Positions 37,370 to 48,949 of a stretch of 64,000 nucleotides of DNA are shown one piece after another. Below the pieces are notes generated by a model. The model was not told the origin of the DNA and ran no database searches. It saw only the letters and a list, made by a program, of their open reading frames with translations. Within the stretch, counting starts at the first letter, position 1; each line of letters begins with the position of its first letter. Source of the stretch: Anthoceros angustus (taxonomy: Eukaryota > Plantae > Anthocerotophyta); contig VJWM01000011.1 in NCBI GenBank assembly GCA_010909165.1, forward strand, positions 124,001-188,000, read 5' to 3'. A program made the position numbers and the translations under genes.

Positions 37370-40190
37370 CTACATCAAGTGGGTCTGCCGGGCCTTCGCT
37401 TCATCATCTTCGCGTTCGCCTTCGTCCTTATCGCCACCACTCCCGGTGGCACGGTATCCGAGGTTTGTTGTCCTTCCTCTAGCAAGTCCCCATTTGCGTT
37501 TTCATCCTTCTTGCACTAAGTGGAACCACACGAGCTTTCGAACAATTTTTCGCTAATACAAACTTCTTTAGCCGATTGTCTTGCTCCTCTCCGGTGGGCC
37601 TCGAATGTGAGCTCCTCTTTCGATCTGGCAAAACCTCGAAACCATGTATGCGTTGTGGGATATAACCACAGTGTCGACCTCTATTGCAATAGTGCGTCCG
37701 AGCTTAATCTTGCCGGTGTTGTTGTCCACTTCTGCGCATCGAATCAATCTCCTTCTTTGAGAATGTTTTGATGAATTTCATCATCAACGAGAGGTCTTTA
37801 GTGCAGCACACCACCATTTTGTCTTGAGACATGTACACCTTCTTCACCACGTATCATGTGCAATCACGGATCGTCCATTGTTAAAAGTCCCTGCGTAATA
37901 TTGGGCGTCATAGCCACTTCCTTGTCTTAGCCTTCCTTCACACAAGCAATATGTACTCCACTCTCAAATCCACCCTGTCATTACTCATGTTTGTTTTGTC
38001 CCAAGCGAAGGACACCATTCCACCCTTGCCACATAATCCGCATGCACTCTCTCACAAGGTGAGCTTCTTCCACTCCGTGCATGACAATGAATTCTTCCGC
38101 GTCGTCTTCTCCTGGAAGCTTTGGAAAGCTGTGTTCATCATGCACGCATCCAACCGACTATCCATAGGACCAATGTCAAAGCCTCTTGGGACATCCATAA
38201 CGAAGGGTATAAGCCGCAGAAGGAATCCCGCATCTCCATAATGTTTCTTTTTCCACTTGATAGTAACACTCTTTCTCGGACCACAGGCGGTGCAGTGCGG
38301 TCCGTCTTTCAAATCCTTGTCGTGATTGCATGCTCATCCTCAAGACTCTTCCAGGTTGTTAATCTCAATATGAAGTTCTTGAAATCCTCGGCCTTTTGCA
38401 AATTCTCCACATCCTTTATTTGTGAGCGCCGAGAAAGAAAAAAACGTTAGGCGAGGACACCACATTCCTATTGTATTCAAACAAGCGTTGGCGATGGCGA
38501 AGGAGGGTGTGAAAGGCGCCGGCCGGCCGCGCCCTTCACCCTCCATCGACAAATTTGGTTTGCGAGCTGCACCATGCCACCACGGCCGGCGGCCGGGCCC
38601 GGGCTGGCGAGGGGCGAAGCCACATGGGCGCGGCCGGCGGCGCCCGTGACATGTGCGCATCAAAGATAGTGGGGGCGCGGCCGGCGCCTCCCCCACTATC
38701 GCCATTCTCTCGAGACAGGCGTGGCGGGGCCGGCCGGCGCCCTCGGCTAAAAACCAAAGCGACTCATTATGCGTGGTGCGGATCTCACCTTCCAGCAAAG
38801 CCGTTTGAAACGAGCAATCATGTCGTCGTTGAGTGTAGAGGATATTCCTTCCTCACTTCCTCGAAGATGAGCACTCCGGATGTTTAGCCATGGCCACTTG
38901 AATAACATGCGGTTTCTTTCTTGAAGTAATTTAGTCCTCCATTCCTTTGAGATCGAGGATGCTGATTACCTTCCACATTGGTGACAAGAATCTGCCCACA
39001 TTCACCTTTGGTATACCTGGAATGATTTCCAGGGTTTTCAGCATGTCTTTCGGCTTACTTTTGTTTCCGTGTTTGGGATCATCTGTGACTTTCCTTTTCC
39101 CTTCCCTTTCTTGGTGCAGTATGTGCTTATACGCTCGTAACTGCACCCACTTTGAAAAGATCTTATCAATATTATCCCATACCTTGCCCTCCACGCCGCG
39201 ATGCACGTATGTGTCCTGTTGTCCACTTTGTTACCTTGTACACGTCATCTTCTTGGGCCTTCATCATCTTCAATTAATCCAAGAACCTTATAAAGATTGA
39301 ACTTCCATGACATGGTCATCACTCCATCCCGACGCCGCAATAAGAAGCTCATCTCGTAAATATCTTACATTCAATAAAAGACATTTTCTTCCGCTTGTCG
39401 GACATTGTGTTATGGTCGGTTGCAAGAACTCTCATCTCGGGCAGCCCAGTATACATGCGCTTCAACATATTGAAAGCAGGACTTCCAGCAATATCTGCCA
39501 AGTGCTTCATAGCAGCATATGTGTGGTTCCCCCCAAGTACACCCATAATATATTTCTTGGCCCTGAATTTCTGCCAGTCCAACTTGCTAATATCGTTGCA
39601 CTCCCCGGGGTCAATCATGCACAGTAATGGCAGAACCCCTTCTTCAATCCTTCCCTTCGAAATAACTCGGGCTAGGTAGTTTGACCATGCCTCGTCCACC
39701 CTCCTGATTTGGGCATCTGGTGTAATATAAGATGCTGGCTTCAAATTCTCAAGCTTTACGATCTTGTCTAACAACTTTCTTGGCATGGCGAGTCCACGAT
39801 TATTGTCAATGGGTCGATTCCGGATGGCATCTTCAAGTCTTTCCTCATCTGTCCGCACATGAATGATCGCTATATTCTCTGGTGGGCTTCACTCACGGTT
39901 TCCTTCTGGATTTCTTCTTTCTCTTCCCCAGGTGGAGCCTCGCTATGTGGCCAGTTGGTATGCCTGATGCGGCGTGCCCACCATGCCTTGCTCTCCCACT
40001 CCGAGTCCCCTGTCTCCATACTCTCGGATCGAGGCGGACCAAGAGGTGCCTCGATAGAACCGCGCACTCGCCCGCCCTGCTTTCGTACCGTCTCTTCCGC
40101 AGCAATTGCAAGGGCGTGCAATCGGGCGCCCGGCGGCCGGGCGCTAGCCTTCGGTGTGCCTTGGGAACCCGAGCCGGTTGGGATTACGGT
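37370..40190 (-). pseudogene. ParB/Srx-like + N4/N6 DNA methyltransferase fusion gene, copy B core (further upstream exons probably at 43140-44450)
   Basis: ORF 39349-39858 IRRVDEAWSNYL...GVLPLLCMIDP...VLGGNHTYAAMKHLA...LATDHNT; DNRT..VWDNIDKIFSKW (~39150-39225); VMDVPRGF (38181-38200); WDKTNMSND..VEYI (~37950-38005); KEGD..DA..(G)SGTT....LGRTIAIEVD (37670-37765). Intron donor GTGAG at ~38788. Confidence 0.8.
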
Positions 40191-40359
40191 GTAACAGTCT
40201 CAGCCTCTAATCGCGGGGAGGGGCCGTGCGGCCCTCCTCTCCGGATCACAGGCAGTGCATGGAGTGCCAAATCCGATGTCATCTCACTGGCGACTTGTCA
40301 GGCTTGTTTGTTTTTGGAGTCCATTCTTGTTAAGAGGGATAGGAGGAGTTAGCCAATAA

Positions 40360-41428
40360 AATGTTTTGGCCAGTATGATGTGCAATCCCTAGACCCTAGA
40401 CCGTCAAGGCGTCGGAGGGTAGTCCGTCAGGCCCAGGGTCAACGGGGTGAATACTGGGGCCGGGGTCCGGCCAGTGGTCCCGTCAGGCCGGTCAGGATGG
40501 GGTCAGGCCAGGGCCCGAGGTCCCGGCCAGGGGTTGATCCCGAAGGTCGTCGGCATGAGTGCGTCAGGCGGTGGGCTCCCGTGGCGAGGTCGAGCGGGAG
40601 TGGTCCGTCGGTAGGTCCAGGGTGGTCTAAAATGGGCGGTCCGGCAAGGGTGGTTCCGTCCGAGTCCGGTGGGGTGGTCACGTCAAGGCGGGTCGGCCAG
40701 GGTGGTCCCGTGGGCGAGTCGCCAGGAGTGGTCGTCCGGGCGGTGGCAGGTGGTGGGGCGGGGTGATCGGGTGGATGAGGCGGGAGGTCGTGGTGGTCCT
40801 CCGGCGGTCAAATGATTGGTCCGTCCCGGGCGAGGGTCCGGGAGTATGGTCCGTCCTTGCGGTCGGCAGAGTGGTCATCCGGGCGGTCCGATGGGTGGTC
40901 CAGATCCTTGAGAGGTCCGTGAGTGGTCTGGCGGGTGGTTTGGTTGGTGGGCATCGCTGGCATGGATCTCTTGTTTGGCGGGGCGGTGGTGCAAGAAGTC
41001 CGGTGATGAACTCGTCCGGCGGTTACCACGACCAGGGTTAGGGTACATACATAGCGAGGGGTTAGGATACATACATAGGCGGGTTAGGTTGGGGTATGGG
41101 AGTATATAGGAAGGCTGGCGTCCAAGGCGGACTATCCTACCATCTTGGCGCTCAGGTGTGCTCTTGCCTTTAGGCTCGGCGCGGAGTGAGTTCTGCGTCA
41201 CCGTCACGATTAATTGGTGGTAGAGGATGTGTTTAGAGCTCGGTGAGCTCCGTGCAGCTTGATGGGTGTGGGCGGGACGGACTGAGCTCGGGAGGTGCTT
41301 TCGCGGGTGAATTCGGGTGCGAGACTAACCTTGGAGGCTTTGGAGCAGGTGTGGAGTTGCAGTGCCCAAGTCACTTCTGCGGAGCGTGAGCGGTCGGAGG
41401 GATTAGGGCGCTTGGGGTGACTGCCCGT
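40360..41428. repeat. GC-rich LTR-like insert with degenerate ggtcc subrepeats
   Basis: Low-complexity G-rich block followed by a TATA-containing segment; separates two copies of the ParB exon. Confidence 0.5.
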
Positions 41429-42320
41429 ATCTTACCTGCTCAATAAAAGACATTTTCTTCCGCTTGTCGACATTGTGTTATGGTCGGTTGCAAGAACTCT
41501 CATCTCACCGTAAGCCCACAGATACATGCGCTTCAACATATTGAAAGCAGGACTTCCCGAGCAATATCCAAAGTGCTTCATAGCAAGACATGTGTGGTTC
41601 CCCAAGTACACCCATAATATATTTCTTGGCCCGAATACAATTAACTTGCTAATATCGCACTCCCCGGGTCAATCATGCATGAATGGTAACCCTTCTTCAA
41701 TCCTTCCTTCAAATAACTCGGGCTAGGTAGTTTGACCATGCCTCGTCCACCTCCCGATTTGGGCATCCGTGTAAAAAGATCGGGCTTCAAATTCTCAAGC
41801 TTTACCAAGATCTGCCTCCTAACAACTTTCTTGGCATAGGCAGTCCGATTATTGTCAATGGGTCCGATTCGGATGGCATCTTCAAGTCTTTCCTCATCCG
41901 TCTCACATGGACAACAAGCTATGTTCCTCTGGGCTTCACCGCTTCCTTCCTGGATTTCTTTCTTCCCTGTGGAGCCTCGCTATGAGCGATCATATGCTCA
42001 AGTGCGTGCCCACCATGCCTTGCTCTCCCACTCGAGTCCCCTGCCTCCATACTCTGACCTGACAAGAGGTACACAGAAGCCGACTCGCCGCCCACCGCCG
42101 CCCACCGCCTCTTCCAACACCAATGCGTCAGACCGGCGCCGCCGGCCGCGCCCAACCCTTCACAGCCTTGGGAACCCCAAACTGGCCATTCCTGTGTAAC
42201 AGACTTATTCGCAGGAGCGGCCGGCCGCGCCTCACCCTCCCTCCCATCACCAGGGCATGAGTGCCCCCGCCGCCGCCACGGCCTCCGCGACATCATGCAA
42301 GAGGGATAGGAGGAGCCAAA
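41429..42320 (-). repeat. Direct duplicate of 39362-40350 (ParB-like exon)
   Basis: Same start atcttac..tcaataaaagacattttcttccgcttgtc and same end agagggataggaggag; many small deletions relative to the first copy. Confidence 0.9.
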
Positions 42321-45300
42321 GAATGGCGAATCCTCCATCCTAGCCCTATCCTCGATCAGTTCGCCCGGCCAGGGCTCACCGGTCATGCCCCATCCGGATT
42401 GTCTCCGCATGACGGTCTCCTTCGGCCGAATTGCCCGGCATCATCTGCTGCTGATTGGTCCTCAAGCGGGGTGGCTGCCCCATCTATTTCCCCCATCTGA
42501 TTTCTGCCCGCTCGACTTCTGCCTCATCATGTGTCTGTCTCACAATTTTCCCGTGTGTGGTATCATCCTCTCTTTTCGCCCCTTCATTGGTTCGCGGCAT
42601 CTGGCGCTTCTCCGTAATATTCCCACCGTCCTTGATCCACGTATTATCCCATGCCCATCCCCCCGAACCATGGTCCCCTGGTTTACTCTATCGCCTCATA
42701 TCTACCTTCATCTCAAGAATCCAAGATATTTGTTGCTCCATGCCATAGGCTAGTACATTAAGATACAGGGTTGGTTATAAATATGTACTGCTCAAAAAAG
42801 ACTATCCCTACCATCTTGGCCCGCATTTTGCCTGTGTCAGGCGCCAACTTCCATCTCAAATTAATCCAACATGTTTGATTGTGAAGCCCCACGCTATGGG
42901 TGTAGACTATCCGAAGCTCAAAGATGTGTGGTTCTCAAGTAGACTCCTTTGCCCTGAGGTCGTTGCGCTAATCACTTCTCCCCTCTAAGCATGAATGGCT
43001 TCCCCCTTCAAGCCATCCGTATAAGAGGTAGTTCACCACCTCCCATTTCGTCGAATTAGGAGGCGCTGACCAATGAAGGAAGCTGCCTGACAACCTTGGG
43101 CTCGAGTCATCCATCACCGGAACCCTATTCAAGGCTTTCCTCATTCCGCCTCCTTGGACCGAACCGCGGAGTTCATCAGTGCCTCCGCATGCTTTTCAAA
43201 GGCGCCTTCACTCTGTTGGTGTTGTCCACTGGGTGATGGATAAGAGAGGAGTCGCCCATGCTCGGATGGAGTTCTCAGAGTTGAGGATCGCCTAGGATAA
43301 TAGAATGATGAGGAACGCTGCCGCAAACCCGCCTTCCACCCTGGGGTCAGGGAACTGGCTGCCGCCTCCGCAGTCAACACAAAGTTGGGAGCCGCCCGCC
43401 CAACATAAACCGCCGAAGTACTGTGAACCACTTAGACCATTTCGTGGACGAACTCCCCCACGGGGCGCTCCTCCGCCAAAATCGCGACCACGTACCTCCA
43501 TGGAGGAGCCAGAAAAGGAATGTCCAAGAACGGAGCATCCTTCCATCCGCCTCCCGAAAGTCGCCATCGGAGTGGCCAAGGACGCCATACACCCATCCTC
43601 CTCATCGATGGGCCGAGCTCACTAGCGCTGCTCGGCCGTGAGCCCGTCATGCACATTCCGTCAAGCCGGGCTCGACTGTCACAGGACATTTCCTCCTATG
43701 TGATGACGGATTCTAATCTTCCCGCATATGGTCGTAATCGCTCTAGCTTGTCGAGCATCCCGCAGTAAAAAGGATTGAGGAAACGCAAGATAGAAGGCAC
43801 AAGTCATGGAAACCAACATACAACGATTTGCATCAATCGCTTTGAAAACCTTATTCCAAAGTTTTACTTACGCTATCGACGATAGCATTTCAAATCCTCC
43901 ACCAGTTTGAAGGATGCACTTCTTGCTTTGGAAGCCATGTAGGTGACCTCATAAGCCTTGTACATGGTTTCATCTTCGCTTATCCGATCAAATACCAAAG
44001 GCTTTGTTGTACAAGATCTCAAACATGTGCTCGTCCATCCATATCCACAATCGCATAGAACCACTTGCTCGGTTTGGCAAGGCCCCTTGAACCCTACGAC
44101 CCACGCTTTCAATAGAGGAGTCCAAAATTGTTCTCCTCCAAGGCTCCTCATCCTGTGTCAACATCCTCCTTCTCGAGTAAGTGGCCTCCACCTTGCTCCC
44201 AACCGACGATGGCAACAGATCCTCATAGTTAAATGGCGTTGGAATAGGCGCTGCACCGATTGTGGGGTCTCTTCCTCGGTCTCCGCAGCCTTCTCCTTCA
44301 GCCGCCTTCCCGGATGTTAGGCTGCCCGATTTCCCATGCCCAATTGACAAATTACCTCTGTGGTGCTTGATGGCGATCTCGCGCCCACCGGAGGTAGGCC
44401 GCGTGCCTTCTCCGACATCCACACCGAAATTCAGCCGCATCCTTCTTCTTGCCGCCGGGATTTCTTGGGCATCGGTCGATGTTCCGCCTGTTCTCCACGT
44501 TCCTTCCTACTTGCCTTCCGCTTGCCATCCTCAAGAGATTAGATACACCGCCATAGGAAGCCGCAATTCAAAGAAGGAATCCGCACAACTTGAAGGAAAT
44601 TTGCAGCAGGAAGGGGAGGGCCATACCAAGACTATGTGAATCGCAAGAGGAAATGGCGGAGGATCGCATGGAGAAGTCGTCGAGAGCCAAAAGTCCTTCG
44701 CTTGAGAGTTGATCCGAGCGGCCGCCACCGTCTGGCTGGAAGAACTTCTCTCTCGTGGTTACTCTCCACTGAATCGAAAGTATGACGCCTGCTCGGTCAC
44801 GCCATACACATGTGCCGCAACCCTAACCATAAATGTCAATTAAGGAAATGATTACATGGAAAACCATTTATAGGACCCTAAGTCAAAAGCCGCATATGTG
44901 AACCCCAATGCCGAGAAAACAATGAAGAGGCGGTGTGCCTCGCCGCCAAGTTCTACCGGTGAAGATCTTTCGGTTTATTTGCTCATAATGGCATTTCCAC
45001 CTTACCTTCACCCACCGCCTATGTCATGGCATACCACGCCTGTGAAGAGTGAGGACCATATTTCGAGGTTAGAGGTGCGGAGTCCTCGCGACAATGTTGC
45101 GCCACCCACACATCGCTTGTCGAAGAGGTCGAGTTTTTCGTCCACAAAGTTCATTCCTCACGCTTTGTGCGATCAAGGGGAACATGTACTTGAGAACAAG
45201 TGTTGGGTTTGCATCGCCTCTCTGCTCACCCATGTAATGACGACATTGATGTTGTCGCAGCAGAGCAGGTGGAAGAGGGGTCTTTGATTTCCGGATGGTA

Positions 45301-45859
45301 GGTGACTCTCTTGTGAGGAGCAAGGATGGTCAGATCGAATGGGGCCCCGCGCCTTCCCGATCATGAGCAACGAAAACGAGTCCGAACTCCGTAAGGTTAG
45401 TTTGCCTTCAACAAGAAACATTGTTGCGAAGACAATGTTGTGGCGAATAGTCCACCCCATCCGTGGCGGATTCCATCTCATGCACACCGCACGGCAGTGG
45501 TAATGCTGCCGCCATCGACAAGCGCCCTCTCCGGCATTCCGCGTGGGGTGCATGACCCCGTGAACTTGAACTTATATGCCGCCATTGATGGGAATCGCAT
45601 CCAGCGAAGACACGGAAGGAAGGGAGATGGGGTGCGAATCCCGTCGTGGTTTGTTCCGCCAAGGAGCGCGTGCGAGGATGACCGCAGGATCGAGTTCTTC
45701 CACAAGCAAATGATCCGTGGATCGAGGATGGGGATGATGACTTTGTTCACCCTCCTCCCTGGTGCATCCGGAACATTCCATCCCAAGCCTTTAAGTGAGA
45801 CATTGATGACAACAAAGCTGAGCGCAGCGGCGACGGCGGGTGTCTTTGCAAAAATGTGA

Positions 45860-48600
45860 ATGGAGAAGGTGACTTTCTTAAACCGTGTTGCAACCAAATG
45901 TGCATGCAGAGGTTGACCAAGCAAGGCCTTGAGCAACGATATAGGTTCCTCACAATGCGTGCAAGAGCAAGAGACATTTCTTCAAAGCCTCGTACATGGG
46001 ACCCGAGTCAAACTAACAAAGAAAGAGTTTTTACGCATGTTATGGGATCGGTTCCTACTGCTATGTGAAGGCCTTAAGAGTATATTGTATGGGGCACAAC
46101 AGATACGAGGAATCGAAAGGGAGGGTCATGAGGAATGCCCGTGGGATAGTGTTCGAACCAACCCAATTCATAAGTCCGTCATGCACTTGGTGCTCTAGCG
46201 TGGATGGATAATGCTTTTCGCTCATGGTGAAGATTCAACGCTGTGTGTATAACACCGACACCTATACAAAGCTGGAGATATGGTCATTGTACAAACGCGT
46301 GTCAAAGCTCGTCTCAGCTTGTGACGACGCGTGGTTTTGAAGTTATGGAAATCTAACTTCACCGAGTGAAGATTCCCAAATCCAACAGTTCTCGACTCCA
46401 ATATGTCTGGTTAAAGACCACCATTCGAATACAACTCGGAAGGTTGATCAAGGTAGATATCACTCTACCACTAGTACAACCCATCTGGTGGGAGGAGTTT
46501 TTCGAGTTCATCCCATAGTTCCGAATGAGCACCGGTATGCGGATGGTTCAAAACTGAGTGGGTGGCGGGTGGGCCGCGCCCACCGGATGACCGACTGCTG
46601 CATCAAGTTGCTCGAGTACCATGTTTGAAACTCGCAGTCCTTGTTCATGGATGGCCCCAGGTTGTAGGTTTGATTGGTCGAGTTTAGGCGGGCCGCCGGC
46701 GCCTGGGCCCCATCCACCTTCAAACTCGCCAACCATAATATATGACCTAGAAGGTGGACGTTTTGTAGATTTTAGATTGGGGAAGATGGTAAATGTATGT
46801 GTGAGGTGATAGTCCACGACATCGGTTTGTTGTATGCAATGGGTTTCATGGATTCGCTTCGCTTGTGGTGTGGAAGAAGCGTGTTTGTATGTGTGAAATT
46901 GGGAACGTGAAAACTTGGAAGGATGTGACACTTGGAACGTGTTTGGGCGTAAAAATATGTCAGCAAGAGGCACACCGCGTCTGCAGGAGGAGCGGGAAAA
47001 ATGGCAAAACACCGTGAAAAGAGTTACAGGAACCGGATAAGTACATGCTCGCTATAGACTAATGGACCAAGAAGACCGAGATTCCACACTTTCTGCGTTG
47101 GCCAAAGAATCTTGATGAGGACCGTATCTGCGGCACGTAGTGGGTTGCATGATCCACAATTATACGTGACGCAGCAAGAGTGTTTTTGCACTATGCCAAT
47201 TTGAGGAACGATGCGAATCGACAATCGGATTATTCAAGATGTTATTCTTAATTATAAAGGAGTGCTACCCAAAGTGCTCTATTTGCAGCTTGACAACACT
47301 TGCCGGAAAACAAGAACCATGTTGTTTGCGTGATTTGAACATGCTAGTTGATATGGGAACTTTTCAAGGTGAAGGTTGGGTTCCTCCTTGTTGGGCACAC
47401 TCACGACCAAATCGACTGTTCTCTTGCTTTTCCAAAAGCTTGAAGCACAAGGAGGCACACACTCTTCCGCCGACATACATCGGTTCATGCATACACGCCT
47501 ACACCGGAGATCAAAGTTTTGCGGAGGTCCGGACTTCGTCATATGTATGGCCGATTAGACAAGGCGATGGTCAGCATATTCATCGGTGAGAAAATTGAAC
47601 AACTTATCTTTCCAGACCGCTTTAAAATCACCAGAGAAGACAAACCGCACTGGTGCGATGAATTAGGAGCAAGCAATATTCGACATCGATGTATTGGGAA
47701 ACCGCCGGGTTGGAGTTTTTGAAATTTGTCCCCTCCAACGACATAACAACAAGACGCCGGCCCGGCTCGAGACAAGAAAGGGACGTCGGCAGGTTATCTC
47801 CGACCAAGGAGTGGCACATTTGAGAGCGGGTCCGGAGCTGCGCCATATGTGACCGGAATATGGATGGTGGGAAGCATTCTGGTGGACCAAGAAGAAATCG
47901 CAATAATCGTGGAGAACAACATTGGGCTCGCACTAGAAGTGCCGTGGAAATGGTTCTCTAATCGGAAGAAACAAGCAACCACTCCAAGTTCGATGAAGCT
48001 ATCCTAGAGGAGGCGCTAAGAGAACTCCCCAACGGATATGTACTTGGGGCCTTACCGATTGGGAAGGCAGCAGGAAATGGCACGCTTGCATGGAGATGTA
48101 AAAGACATAAAGGAAGGATGTTCATCGTACCTTGTACCGCCGATACGCATAATCGGCCTTCGGATTGGGAAAGTTAATCGTGAGGTTGGATGTGGAAGAG
48201 CCTCATTTCCGGTTCATCGTACAGATCGAGCACAGATGCATATGAAGGCGTATACGTGGAAGAATATGTGATTCTGCACCTTCCACCGAGACAATGGGAT
48301 TGGAAGGAAAAAGGGTGGGAAGGCAAATTTCAAGAATGTTCAAGAAGTCTTCATCAATAAAACCGTATCTTGTATTATGGGTTCATTTTGAATTCCGTAA
48401 ACATCTCTATTCCATTGACAAAAAGCGATCGTGATAAGTTGAATGAATTGCGGCTTCATCGAGCCACCAGCCAAAGTGCACGAAGATAGTGACGAAGACG
48501 GTGAGGACATCGGGCCCTTGGACATGGAAGGTGTCAATTCGGAGATGAGTGAAAAGATGTATGAAGTGGAGGCAAACATCGGTGGACATCGGTAGACAAG
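45860..48600 (+). pseudogene. Sola1-like (DUF7869-type) DDD transposase, copy B, with an intron at ~46453-46986
   Basis: KPCCNQMC, FLKLWK..F.RVKIPK, MLAID.MDQ.KTEIPHF (~47045), LYLQLDNTCR(E)NKNH (~47277), VGFLLVGHTHDQID (~47375), and a C-terminal PF.IGKV. Confidence 0.8.
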
Positions 48601-48949
48601 AGGGTTTACTCGACCGTCAAGTGTCACCGCCAAGTGTTAGGCTCAAAGTGGGAGCTCGCGTTAGTGATAGGGAATCACTGGTGCATTTCTATGATCGGAA
48701 GTTGAAGAAGTTGGAGTCACTTCCGGCCGTAGGTTGCGGTGGCGACAGGACAAATGGCGGGCGCGGTGGCCGCCGCCATTTTTCACCATCCTTAGTAGCA
48801 TGGAAACCGCTTTTCCGCACGCCCCTGTATTGTACATTTTGTTCGCAACCGTATATAACCCATCCAGACGCCTAAATCCTAAATCGTGGAAATTGATAGC
48901 TCGGCGCGCCCACCGCCCGAGCGCCCCTTCTTGCCAAAAACAAAAGACT

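Larger units (their letters stand above)
37300..48900. mobile_element. MTase-carrying Sola-like DNA transposon, copy B (termini not defined)
   Basis: Minus-strand ParB-MTase gene head-to-head with a plus-strand transposase. Confidence 0.7.
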
